A stretch of 64,000 bases of DNA from a bacterium. GTDB taxonomy: Bacteria > UBA8248 > JACPRG01 > G963555815. The position numbers were made by a program, and so were the translations under genes. The notes under the pieces were generated by a model. It worked only from the letters and a program-made list of their open reading frames with translations. It had not been told where the DNA came from and did no database searches. Where the stretch lies: positions 3,200,001 through 3,264,000 of the forward strand of contig OZ244653.1 in the NCBI GenBank assembly GCA_965218795.1. The letters run 5' to 3'. Below are positions 20,080 to 28,860 of this stretch, one piece after another (within the stretch, counting starts at the first letter, position 1; each line of letters begins with the position of its first letter).

Positions 20080-22656
20080 CTAATAGGGTTTAGCTTCGTC
20101 CCAGACGCGGCCGATGGCCGCTGCAATCTTCCCCTCCATCCGCTCCACCAACTCGCGATTGGCGTTGACGAGGGCTTGCTCGGCTTCGATATCGGTAACG
20201 ATGGTTTGTTGGATTTCGATAGATGGGCGAGGGATTTTGGTCTGGAACAATTGCGACCGATTGATCTTTGGAATACTTGCTCGTTCGTAGTGGTACCGAA
20301 TTTGTTTATTGAACGCTTCAGACAGCATATAGGCTGCTAGATAAGTAATCTGGATTTTGGAGTGGTCCGGAAGCAGGGGATACATGTCGGAGCTACAGTA
20401 TCCCTGAAGATCGACAACCGCTAATTTGTTGAGGTATGGTCGGATCTTGCTGTAGAGAAGACGTTCGCCAACAAATTCATAAACCGGGCCGTTTACCCTT
20501 TGGGCTTGAGCCGTCTCCACTTTTAGGAGCTTTCCAGTATTTGATTCAATACTATCTGCGCCGAAGTAAGGAAGGGTGATGTCCACGTCCTTGGTGACAA
20601 TTCCGCCTAGCGAGCACAACTCCCCCAACTCGACCATCGGCCATTCAGGGTCGATGGGGATGTGGGGGCGGTAGTTGTCGATGACGGCGCGGGCGCCATC
20701 GATGACCTTCTGGTAGCCCTCGATCTCGGCGATGATTTCCTTCTGTACTTCCGGGGGTGGGAGGGGTAGTTTGATTCGCTTTAGCGAATTGCCATTAAAC
20801 TGCGGCTGACCCCCTCCGGTCACAAATGCTTTCGCTTGGTTCCAATAGGCGTCGCTTTGGGCGAAGATCCAATAGTATTGAGGATGAACCTGCTCGGGCA
20901 GAAAGCGTAGTCGGATTAGATAGGATGCAAAAACTGCAGGGCAATCCTCCTCAAAGAGCATCGTCTTGCCATAGGTGGCACCGGTTCGAGCAACGAGGAT
21001 GTCTCCTTTTTGAAGAATCGATTCGCGCGCCTCACTTGTCAAGTTAATGAACTTAGGTTCTTCATTTCGAAGCGTTCCATGTTCAGAAATGTCAGTGATC
21101 CGTATGAATCTCGCATCGCCTTCCTCGCTCGCCTTTGCGGTGAAGCCATATTCGGGTTTCGCGAGTTCCCCCAATTCCACCATCGGCCATTTTGTTCTTG
21201 TACGAATTCCATTTTCCCGATACCGCTCACCGCTCAGGTTGTATTCCCCATCCGCGGCGATCCTTTCCTTTTCCACGATGAGGGCGGCCCCTTGCTCGAT
21301 GAGGCTTCCCAACATGGATGGACAGGATGAACGGGATTCCTTCTTATCCTGAATATCCTGCGCATCCATGTTCATGTATTCCTTCACGCCCCGCGCCGTG
21401 TCCGGCAGGTCGTTCCTGTCAATCTCCCGCCGCTGCGCTCCCAGGTCGAACCCGTCGTTCTCGACCTTGAAGAAGGCGATTTTGTCCGTCTTCTTCGCGA
21501 GCGGCTTGTCGAGGATGAGGATCGAGGTCTTGACGCCGGAATACGGCTGGAACACGCCGGCGGGCAGGGAAACGACCGCAACCAGGTACTCGTCGACGAG
21601 CATCCTGCGAAGCTGCTTGTAGGCGTTCTGGCTCTGGAAGATGATCCCCTCGGGCACGATGATCCCGGCGCGGCCCGAAGGCGTCAGGTGCTCGGCCATG
21701 TAGTCCACGAACAGCACCTCGCTCCGCTTGGACTGCACCGAGAAGCGGTTGTGGGGGCGGATCCCGCCCTTGGGCGACATGAACGGGGGGTTGGCCAGGA
21801 TCACGTCGGCGTACTCGTTCCAGCGGTCCTCGCTGGTGAGGGTGTCGTACTCGAAGATGTGCGGGTCACTGAAGCCGTGCAGGTACATGTTCACCAGGGA
21901 CAGGCGCACCATGTCCGGCGAAATGTCGTAGCCCTTGAAGTTCTCCGCCAGCCGGCCCCTTTCGTCGGGGGTCAGCATGGATGTCTGGAATTCACATGGA
22001 TAGACAGGATGGACAGGATTGTCAGTGTGATTTTCATCCTGCCCGTCCCGCATATCCATGTTCGCTCTCAGGATGTGCTTGTAGGCCGAGATCAGGAACC
22101 CGGCGGTGCCGCAGGCCGGATCGAGGACGGTCTCGTCCTTCTTCGGGTCGAGGACCGCGACGATGAAGTCGATGACGTGGCGCGGGGTTCGGAACTGCCC
22201 GGCGTCGCCCTGGGAGCCGAGGACGGAGAGCAGGTACTCGAAGGCGTCGCCCAGGCGCTCGGAGTGATCGTAGGCGAACTCGTCGATGACCTTGAGGAAG
22301 GCGCGCAGGGTCTCGGGGTCGCGATAGGGCAGATAGGCGTTCTTGAAGATGTCGCGGAAGAGCGGCGGTATGCCCGGGTTCTCCGGCATCCTCGTAATGG
22401 CCTCGGCGTAGAGGTTCAGGATCTCGTGGCCGCCGAGTCCGGCGCGCATCAGCCTGGCCCATCCGTAGCGGGCGAACCCGCCGTCGAAGAAGCTGCGCCG
22501 GCCGCCGAGCTCCTCGCTCTCGGCGTCGATGTCGTCCATGAACTTGTAGATGAGGGCGATGGTGATCTGCTCGACCTGGCTCTTGGGGTCGGGCACCTTG
22601 CCCACGAGGATGTCGCGGGCGGTGTCGATGCGGCGTCTGGTGTCGGTGTCGAGCAT
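20080..22656 (-). CDS. hsdM: Type I-like RM N6-adenine methyltransferase fused to two-TRD specificity subunit (HsdM-HsdS fusion)
   Basis: GQFRTPRH, LDPACGTAGFL, ANPPF, then two TRDs each starting WPMVELGEL with IKLPLPPPEVQKEII-type helices. Confidence 0.92.
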   Translation of the reverse strand: MLDTDTRRRIDTARDILVGKVPDPKSQVEQITIALIYKFMDDIDAESEELGGRRSFFDGGFARYGWARLMRAGLGGHEILNLYAEAITRMPENPGIPPLFRDIFKNAYLPYRDPETLRAFLKVIDEFAYDHSERLGDAFEYLLSVLGSQGDAGQFRTPRHVIDFIVAVLDPKKDETVLDPACGTAGFLISAYKHILRANMDMRDGQDENHTDNPVHPVYPCEFQTSMLTPDERGRLAENFKGYDISPDMVRLSLVNMYLHGFSDPHIFEYDTLTSEDRWNEYADVILANPPFMSPKGGIRPHNRFSVQSKRSEVLFVDYMAEHLTPSGRAGIIVPEGIIFQSQNAYKQLRRMLVDEYLVAVVSLPAGVFQPYSGVKTSILILDKPLAKKTDKIAFFKVENDGFDLGAQRREIDRNDLPDTARGVKEYMNMDAQDIQDKKESRSSCPSMLGSLIEQGAALIVEKERIAADGEYNLSGERYRENGIRTRTKWPMVELGELAKPEYGFTAKASEEGDARFIRITDISEHGTLRNEEPKFINLTSEARESILQKGDILVARTGATYGKTMLFEEDCPAVFASYLIRLRFLPEQVHPQYYWIFAQSDAYWNQAKAFVTGGGQPQFNGNSLKRIKLPLPPPEVQKEIIAEIEGYQKVIDGARAVIDNYRPHIPIDPEWPMVELGELCSLGGIVTKDVDITLPYFGADSIESNTGKLLKVETAQAQRVNGPVYEFVGERLLYSKIRPYLNKLAVVDLQGYCSSDMYPLLPDHSKIQITYLAAYMLSEAFNKQIRYHYERASIPKINRSQLFQTKIPRPSIEIQQTIVTDIEAEQALVNANRELVERMEGKIAAAIGRVWDEAKPY
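21311..21372. repeat. ACAGGAT-family palindrome inserted in frame in hsdM-S (copy 1)
   Basis: aacatggatggacaggatgaacgggat-tccttctt-atcctgaatatcctgcgcatccatgtt; translated as NMDAQDIQDKKESRSSCPSML. Confidence 0.9.
21993..22062. repeat. ACAGGAT-family palindrome inserted in frame in hsdM-S (copy 2)
   Basis: cacatggatagacaggatggacaggat...atcctgcccgtcccgcatatccatgtt; translated as NMDMRDGQDENHTDNPVHPVYPC. Confidence 0.9.
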
Positions 22657-22670
22657 AAACGGATTCTTAA

Positions 22671-22700
22671 TTTACATGGATGAACAGGATGGACAGGATC
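22671..22700. repeat. Single ACAGGAT-family arm at the 3' side of the GxxExxY gene
   Basis: tttacatggatgaacaggatggacaggatc. Confidence 0.85.
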
Positions 22701-22714
22701 ATTTCTTGTTCCGT

Positions 22715-23107
22715 CTATCCGGGTTTGTTCTTACTCCGGGTGAAGCGTTTGTATTCGAGCTTGGGGTTGCCGAAATTGATGAGAAGCCCTACCTCGATGC
22801 CGGTGGCATTCAGGTAGTTGATGATCTGGGCTTGATGCTCCGAGGTGAGGGCCTTCACCGCTTTGAGCTCGACGATCACGTTGTCTTCGATAAGGAGATC
22901 AGCGTAAAAATCGCCAACCGGCTTGCCGCGAAAGCATACTGTGATGGGCTTCTGAGCCTCAACGGAAATCCCTGCACCCAACAGCGCGATAATCATGGCC
23001 TTTTCATAGACAGACTCCAAAAACCCGCTTCCCAAATCGTTGATCACCTCAAAGGCGCAGCCAATGATGGAGCGCGTCAGTTCCTGGTGCAGCCTTTCGG
23101 TATCCAT
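22715..23107 (-). CDS. GxxExxY protein (PD-(D/E)XK nuclease superfamily)
   Basis: IIGCAFEV...LGSGFLESVYEKA, FYADLLIEDNVIVELKA, HQAQIINYLNAT...GLLINFG. Confidence 0.93.
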   Translation of the reverse strand: MDTERLHQELTRSIIGCAFEVINDLGSGFLESVYEKAMIIALLGAGISVEAQKPITVCFRGKPVGDFYADLLIEDNVIVELKAVKALTSEHQAQIINYLNATGIEVGLLINFGNPKLEYKRFTRSKNKPG

Positions 23108-23111
23108 GTCC

Positions 23112-23358
23112 GGTTCCTTCATTTACATGGATGTACAGGATGGACAGGATTCTGGGATTGATCCGTGTCCTGCCTATCCTGTTGGTCCATGCTTGGTTCC
23201 TTCATTTACATGGATGTACAGGATGGACAGGATTCTGGGATTGATCCGTGTCCTGCCTATCCTGTTGGTCCATGCTTGGTTCCTAAATTTACATGGATGT
23301 ACAAGATATACAGGATAATTTCCATTTTCCTATCCTGTCCATCCTGTTCATCCATGTT
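23112..23358. repeat. Tandem array of three ACAGGAT-family palindromes (83-bp period; first two identical)
   Basis: Units start ggttcc at 23112, 23195 and 23278; each contains tttacatggatgtaca.gat..acaggat...atcctgtt...tccatg. Confidence 0.92.
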
Positions 23359-23366
23359 TGACTTCT

Positions 23367-25913
23367 CTAGGCGGCGAACCGGTTCAGGGGCACGTAATCC
23401 TTGACGTATTCGGGGATGAGGGTGCGGTACTTCTCCGGCACGGCGCGGAAGTCGCGGGTGGAAAACGCCGGGTGGGTGGCCAAGCCGGTGAACTGTCGTC
23501 TGTCGATGATGTCTCGGACATAGCCGTTGGTGACGTACGCCTTGAAGTAGGTCCTGATGGCCGGGATGGACCGGGCCTCCCGGGGCTTATGGTCGGCGAC
23601 GAACTTGGCGAATTCCTCCTCCAGCAGCTCGTCCCTGGACTTGAAGCGCGGGATGAGGCCGAAGACCTTCTCCAGGATCTCGCGCAGGGTGAGGCGGCGG
23701 TCCACCGCGGCGGCTTTCCGCAGCTTGTCGAGGGTGTAGTACTCCTCGGGTCTGTCGAAGACCTCGCGGTTCACGTAGTCGATCACGCGGTCCCACTGTC
23801 CGGCTTCGACGGCCTGCGCGACGGTCTCGTCCTTGCGCACCGCGTCCTCGAACTTCTCGAAGAACATCCGGTCGATCTTCATCCCTTCGGAGCCGACTTC
23901 CTCTTCCCGGATCGTCGAAAGGATGTCGCGTCCAAGATGCTCATAGGCGCCGCCGGTTCTGACAGACTCTTCGCCGTCCCCGTCCTGGCCGTCCTCGCCG
24001 CCGCTCAAGGCCCGGGGCCGCGGCAGCTTCAATACCTCGTCGTAGTTGAACTCGGTCTCGAAATACTCGCAGTTGCCGAAGAAATCGAAGAGCTTGAAGG
24101 CGGTCTTCTCAGGTTCTTTGACGCCATCCGCGAGCGCGGGGTCGTGTAGCTGGTCGAGGAAATCGTGCGGGCGGGTGCCGCGCCCCTTGATCTGGACGAA
24201 ATCGGTGGGCGAGAAGATGGGGCGGAACAGGCCGAGATTCAGGATGTCGGTGCAGTCGTAGCCGGTGGTCATCATGCCCACGGTCACGCAGACCCGGGCC
24301 TTGCTCGTCCGGTAGCCGTCCAGGAAGTTGGCCGCGCCGAGCAGGTTGTTGTTGGCGAAGTTGACGGTGAACTGCTGGGCGTCCGGCACGTGCGAGGTCA
24401 CCTGCACGGCGAAGTCGGATTGGTATTTGCCGGGGAACATCCGGTCGGCGATCCGGTTGAAACTCTGCGCGAGCTTGGCCGCGTGGCTCTGGCTGACGGC
24501 GAACACGATGGACTTGCCGATCTCGCCGCTGACCGGATCGCGCAGGGCGTTCTCCAGGAAGGTCTTGCAGAAGAGCTGGTTGGTGGCCTCGGAGTAGAAG
24601 CGCTTCTCGAACTCGCGCTGCTTGTAGGCCTCGCCGTGATCCTCTCCCTCGGTATCGGTGAACGAGACGACGAACCCCTCCTCGGAGAGGAGCTGCGTGG
24701 TCACTTCCGTGCGGGCGTCCACCACGGTCGGGTTGATCAGGTATCCGTCATTCACGCCGTCGAGCAGCGAATATCGGAAGGTGGGGTGCCCGCTCTCGCA
24801 GCCGAAGGTGCGGTAGGTGTCGAGGAGGAGGCGCCGTTCGGCTTCGCGCGGGTCATGCGCCGCGGCGCCGTTCTTTCCGGCGCCCTTCAAATAGTCGCGG
24901 GGCGTGGCCGTCAGGCCGAGCTTGCAGCCCACGAAAAAGTCGAACACCGCGCGGGCGTTGCCGCCGATGGAGCGGTGCGCCTCGTCGGAGATTACGAGAT
25001 CGAAATCGGTGGGCGAGAAAAGCCGCCGGTATTTGTTGTCGAACAGGAGCGATTGCACGGTGGTGACGACGATCTCGGCGCGCCGCCACTCGTCCCGGTT
25101 CTCCTTGTAGACGACCGTCTGAAAGTCCGCCGAGAGCAACGCGGTGAAGACCTTCCGGGCCTGTTCCTCCAGTTCCAGCCGATCCACCAGGAAGAGGGCG
25201 CGGCGGGCGTTGCCGGAACGAAGGAACAGCTTGATGACGGCGGCGGCGGTGAGGGTCTTGCCGGTGCCGGTGGCCATTTCGAAGAGAAAGCGGTCGCCGC
25301 CGTCTTTCACCGCCTGCTGGAGGGCATGGATCGCTTTGAGCTGATAGGGGCGCAGAAAGCGCAGTTTGTTGGCCTGGATGAAGCCGGATCGCTCGGCTTC
25401 GTTCTTCCACGCGGCTTCGGAGGCGTAGTTCGGCCGCTGCGTGAGGACGATGTAGTCGTCTCGGACCCGTTCATCGATCAGGCGCCGCGGGTCGGGCGAG
25501 ACCTTCTGGTAGCCGGATACCGAATCCGGCGTCGGGAACGAGGTGATGACGTAGGGATTGCCGCGCTCCAGATCCCAGAAGTAATGCAGGTTGCCGTTCG
25601 ACAGGATGACGAAGCGGCAATTCTGCGAGCGGGCGTATTTGCGGGCCTGCTCCTTGCCGGCGAGGGGGTTCCTGTCCTCGGACTTGGCCTCCAGGACGAT
25701 CAGGGGAAACCCCTTGGCGTCGAGGAGCAGGAAGTCGATGAAACCTTTGGAGGTATTCTCGAAGTCGTCGCCCAGGGGGTCGAGGTCGGATGCCTCGATC
25801 GTGACGCCTGTCTCAAGGCAGATGTTGGCGGGCTCTCCCCCTTCGGCGAAGAAGCGCCAGCCGGCCGCTTCGAGCAGCCTGTTGATCTTGATGCGGGAAG
25901 CGGCTTCGTTCAT
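23367..25913 (-). CDS. hsdR: Type I restriction endonuclease subunit R (EcoAI-like)
   Basis: IDFLL...VLEAK nuclease motif, MATGTGKT, DEAHRS, GLTATP, QIKGRGTR. Confidence 0.92.
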   Translation of the reverse strand: MNEAASRIKINRLLEAAGWRFFAEGGEPANICLETGVTIEASDLDPLGDDFENTSKGFIDFLLLDAKGFPLIVLEAKSEDRNPLAGKEQARKYARSQNCRFVILSNGNLHYFWDLERGNPYVITSFPTPDSVSGYQKVSPDPRRLIDERVRDDYIVLTQRPNYASEAAWKNEAERSGFIQANKLRFLRPYQLKAIHALQQAVKDGGDRFLFEMATGTGKTLTAAAVIKLFLRSGNARRALFLVDRLELEEQARKVFTALLSADFQTVVYKENRDEWRRAEIVVTTVQSLLFDNKYRRLFSPTDFDLVISDEAHRSIGGNARAVFDFFVGCKLGLTATPRDYLKGAGKNGAAAHDPREAERRLLLDTYRTFGCESGHPTFRYSLLDGVNDGYLINPTVVDARTEVTTQLLSEEGFVVSFTDTEGEDHGEAYKQREFEKRFYSEATNQLFCKTFLENALRDPVSGEIGKSIVFAVSQSHAAKLAQSFNRIADRMFPGKYQSDFAVQVTSHVPDAQQFTVNFANNNLLGAANFLDGYRTSKARVCVTVGMMTTGYDCTDILNLGLFRPIFSPTDFVQIKGRGTRPHDFLDQLHDPALADGVKEPEKTAFKLFDFFGNCEYFETEFNYDEVLKLPRPRALSGGEDGQDGDGEESVRTGGAYEHLGRDILSTIREEEVGSEGMKIDRMFFEKFEDAVRKDETVAQAVEAGQWDRVIDYVNREVFDRPEEYYTLDKLRKAAAVDRRLTLREILEKVFGLIPRFKSRDELLEEEFAKFVADHKPREARSIPAIRTYFKAYVTNGYVRDIIDRRQFTGLATHPAFSTRDFRAVPEKYRTLIPEYVKDYVPLNRFAA

Positions 25914-26199
25914 GCGGACGGGGCCTCTTTCGCGGCGCCATGGGACAGACCCGGAGTGTCCCGCACCGCTTCCGTGGTCTTCAAACGCCGAGATCCCCCT
26001 ACCTCCGCCACGACCGGGCGTCCAGTTTCTGTCACGGTCTCATCACGGGCGAGAATCCAGCTTCGTTCGTTCATTCCCGAGACCCTCGCAAACTCAAGAG
26101 CCAAATCCCAACCAGAAAAAAATACGAACTCTTTGGCCTTGTTTCGTAATACCACATCCCAAGGATTCCCGCACCCGAATGCTCCTGTCGGGGACCATG

Positions 26200-27070
26200 C
26201 CCTGGATTCCTGCTTGCGCAGGAATGACGGGCTGGGGGCGAGCGCCCGAAGGCTCTTGTCGGAGGCCATGCCGCATTGGTTCCCGGCCCTGTCCGACAAC
26301 AAGGTGATCCTCCGCGTGAAGCGGAACGGCCTCTCCCCCCACCGGCAAGATCCGCGGGCTGCGCCCTTGATTTGCCGACTCCCCCTCAAGGGGGGAGTGA
26401 TTCAAGGAACCGGGGGCGGGCTTCCACGGGAATGACAAGTGGAAAATCCGGGGAATTCCGGGGCGAAACGGCCGAGGAAACGTCAAGGGTGTATGAGGCG
26501 TTATAAGACCCCCCACCACACAGCCTTCGCCTCGGGGCTCGGCTTCTGCGACTCCCCCTCAAGGGGGGGAAGATTGATGGAGCAGGAGGCTGTGTCGCAT
26601 GGGTTCCCGGCCCTGTCCGGCAACAAGGCCCCTCCCTCCTCCGCGTGAAGCGGAACGACCTCTCCCCCCACCGGAAAATCCGCGGGCTGCGCCCTTGATT
26701 TGCCGACTCCCCCTCAAGGGGGGAGTGATGTATGGAGTGCCGCACCGGCGGGCCGGGCTTCCACGGGAATGACAAGTGGAAAATCCGGGGAATTCCTGGG
26801 CGAAACGGCCGAGAAAACGTCAAGGGTGTATGAGGCGTTATAAGACCTCCCACCACATCAGCCTTCGCCTCGCGGCTCGGCTTCTGCGACTCCCCCTCAA
26901 GGGGGGGAAGATTGATGGAGAAGGAGGCTGTGCCGCATGGGTTCCCGGCCCTGTCCGGCAACGAAGGTGCTCCTCCGCGTGAAGCGGAACGGCCATTTCC
27001 CCCCACCGGCAAGATCCGCGGGCTGCGCCCTTGCCTTGCCGACTCCCCCTCAAGGGGGGAGTGATTGATG
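26200..27070. repeat. Array of composite palindromic repeats (right array), about 335-bp unit in 2.5 tandem copies
   Basis: GACTCCCCCTCAAGGGGGGA at about 26377, 26550, 26705, 26888 and 27041; cttccacgggaatgacaagtggaaaatccggggaattcc at 26421 and 26758. Confidence 0.9.
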
Positions 27071-27170
27071 GAGAAGGGGCGGGGCGTTCGTCCTGTATGA
27101 TGGGAACGCCGGCGCCGGGCAGGATGCCCGGCCGGCCGTAGGTCTCACTCCGCGCCGGAGAGGACAGGAC

Positions 27171-28085
27171 ATGGCGAAGACCCCCCTTGGATTCATCGGC
27201 CTGGGTCTCATGGGGCGGCCCATGGCGCGCCGCCTCCTGGCGGAGGGATACCCTCTCGCCGCGGCCAACCGCAGCGGACCCGCCGTGGACGCGCTCGCCA
27301 AGGAGGGGGCCACGGCGTGCGCCAATCCCGCGGAGGCGGCCCGCCGCGCGGAGGTGATCTTCACCATGCTGCCCGACGCCCCGGACGTGGAGGCGGTGGT
27401 GTTCGGAGACAACGGCCTGGCCTCCGCGATGCGGCCCGGGAGCGCGTTGATCGACTGCACGAGCAATTCGCCCGCTTGCGCGGCCCGGGTGGCGAAGGCG
27501 CTGGGAGAGCGGGGATGCGAGATGCTCGACGCCCCGGTTTCGGGCGCGCCCGAGGGAGCGGAGGCCGGGACCCTGGCCATCATGGCGGGCGGGCCGCGGG
27601 AAACCTTCGAGCGCTGCCGCGCCGTCCTGGAATGCCTGGGAGAGAAGGTGGTCCACGTGGGCGAGGCGCCCGGCTCGGGGTGCGTGGCCAAGCTGGCGAA
27701 CCAGATCCTCGTGGGGACCACGTTTCTCGGGGTGGGGGAGGCGCTGGTGTTCGGCGCGAAAGCCGGGCTGGACGCCGCGGCGCTGGTCGACGTGCTGGGG
27801 GCCGGGCTCGGGCGATGCGGAGCGCTCGAGGTGAAGGGACCCAAGATCCTGGCCGGCGACTTCACGCCCGGAGGACGGGTGGAAAGCCACGCCAAGGATT
27901 TGCGCTACGCCCTGGACCAGGCCCGAGAGATGAAAATGCCCCTGCCGGCCACCGCTCTGGTGGCCCAGATGTTTCACGCCCTTGGCGCCGCGGGCGAAGG
28001 GGATCTGGATCACATCGCCATCATCCGCGTCATCGAGCGCCTGGCGGGCGCGGAGGCCCGGGCTTCGAACGCCGAGAGCGGTTAA
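27171..28085 (+). CDS. 3-hydroxyisobutyrate dehydrogenase / 2-hydroxy-3-oxopropionate reductase family oxidoreductase
   Basis: GFIGLGLMGRPMA, LDAPVSG, GTLAIMAGG, KLANQ, KDL. Confidence 0.9.
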   Translation: MAKTPLGFIGLGLMGRPMARRLLAEGYPLAAANRSGPAVDALAKEGATACANPAEAARRAEVIFTMLPDAPDVEAVVFGDNGLASAMRPGSALIDCTSNSPACAARVAKALGERGCEMLDAPVSGAPEGAEAGTLAIMAGGPRETFERCRAVLECLGEKVVHVGEAPGSGCVAKLANQILVGTTFLGVGEALVFGAKAGLDAAALVDVLGAGLGRCGALEVKGPKILAGDFTPGGRVESHAKDLRYALDQAREMKMPLPATALVAQMFHALGAAGEGDLDHIAIIRVIERLAGAEARASNAESG

Positions 28086-28494
28086 CGGTCCGTCGTGGCG
28101 CGGGGTTGATTTGACCCGGCTTTTGGTTGCTCGAACCGCCCCGGCTTGCCGAAAGAAAAGGCCCAGGAATCGCCTATAAAACGGCGCGTCCGGGGCCTTT
28201 TTCGACCGTTGCACGGCCGTAATCTACAATTATTTCTTTTGGGGTTTTGGGTCTTTCCGGTGGGTCGTCCGGGTTTTCTCAGGGGTGCGCTGTGTGGCGC
28301 TCAGCGGAGCGCTGTCTACCCATCCCGGCCCCAGGGCGGTTCAACCCCCATGTCTTTCATTTGTCCCGGAAAAGGCGCTTGTTACGCGATTATTAGGCGT
28401 TTGAGGCAGGAAAGCGACGGTCGGTTTTTGGGCCGCAGGATAGGCGTTCACGCGCACATTGCAGAGCGCGCCGACGGCACCCACCGCCACTTTT

Positions 28495-28523
28495 CCACGG
28501 TATCCCACGGTATCCCACGGTAT
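28495..28523. repeat. Short tandem repeat CCACGGTAT x3 (10-bp period)
   Basis: ccacggtat-c-ccacggtat-c-ccacggtat. Confidence 0.8.
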
Positions 28524-28684
28524 TTTGGCCGCCTACAGTTATAAAAACAACTCTTCATCCTTTCGGCATGAAGCCGTGCGCGGGTGGGCCCTCGGCCTCC
28601 TCCTGCTCATTCAATTCAGCCAGCGCGGTCACGCTCCTGGTCAGCGATTCCCCGAGGGATGAATCCGGAAGGCCACGCTCCCGG

Positions 28685-28713
28685 TTGACGGTTTTCCTCC
28701 CGATTGTTATTTT
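28685..28713 (+). promoter_or_regulatory. Putative sigma70 promoter
   Basis: TTGACG-17 bp-TATTTT upstream of the 28861 gene. Confidence 0.4.
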
Positions 28714-28860
28714 CGCTGAGAATCATTACGCTGGTCCTGACTCATGAACGGATTCCGGCGGCCGGAGTGACTGTCAGCGTCCCCGTGTTCCGGCTATCGA
28801 AGGGAAGCCGCCGCCTGCTCTTTTGAAGCCTGATTCGGCTGATCGAAGGAATATCCAACA

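Noticed and set aside
23112-23358. Possible CRISPR array
   Set aside because: Two units are wholly identical, each unit is one long palindrome without a clean repeat-spacer boundary, and no cas genes are present.
21688-26435. Long plus-strand ORFs (331 aa, 756 aa) opposite hsdM and hsdR
   Set aside because: Antisense shadows expected from GC-rich codon bias; no recognisable motifs.
25910-27170. ORFs across the right repeat array
   Set aside because: Same repeat-derived peptides; treated as non-coding.
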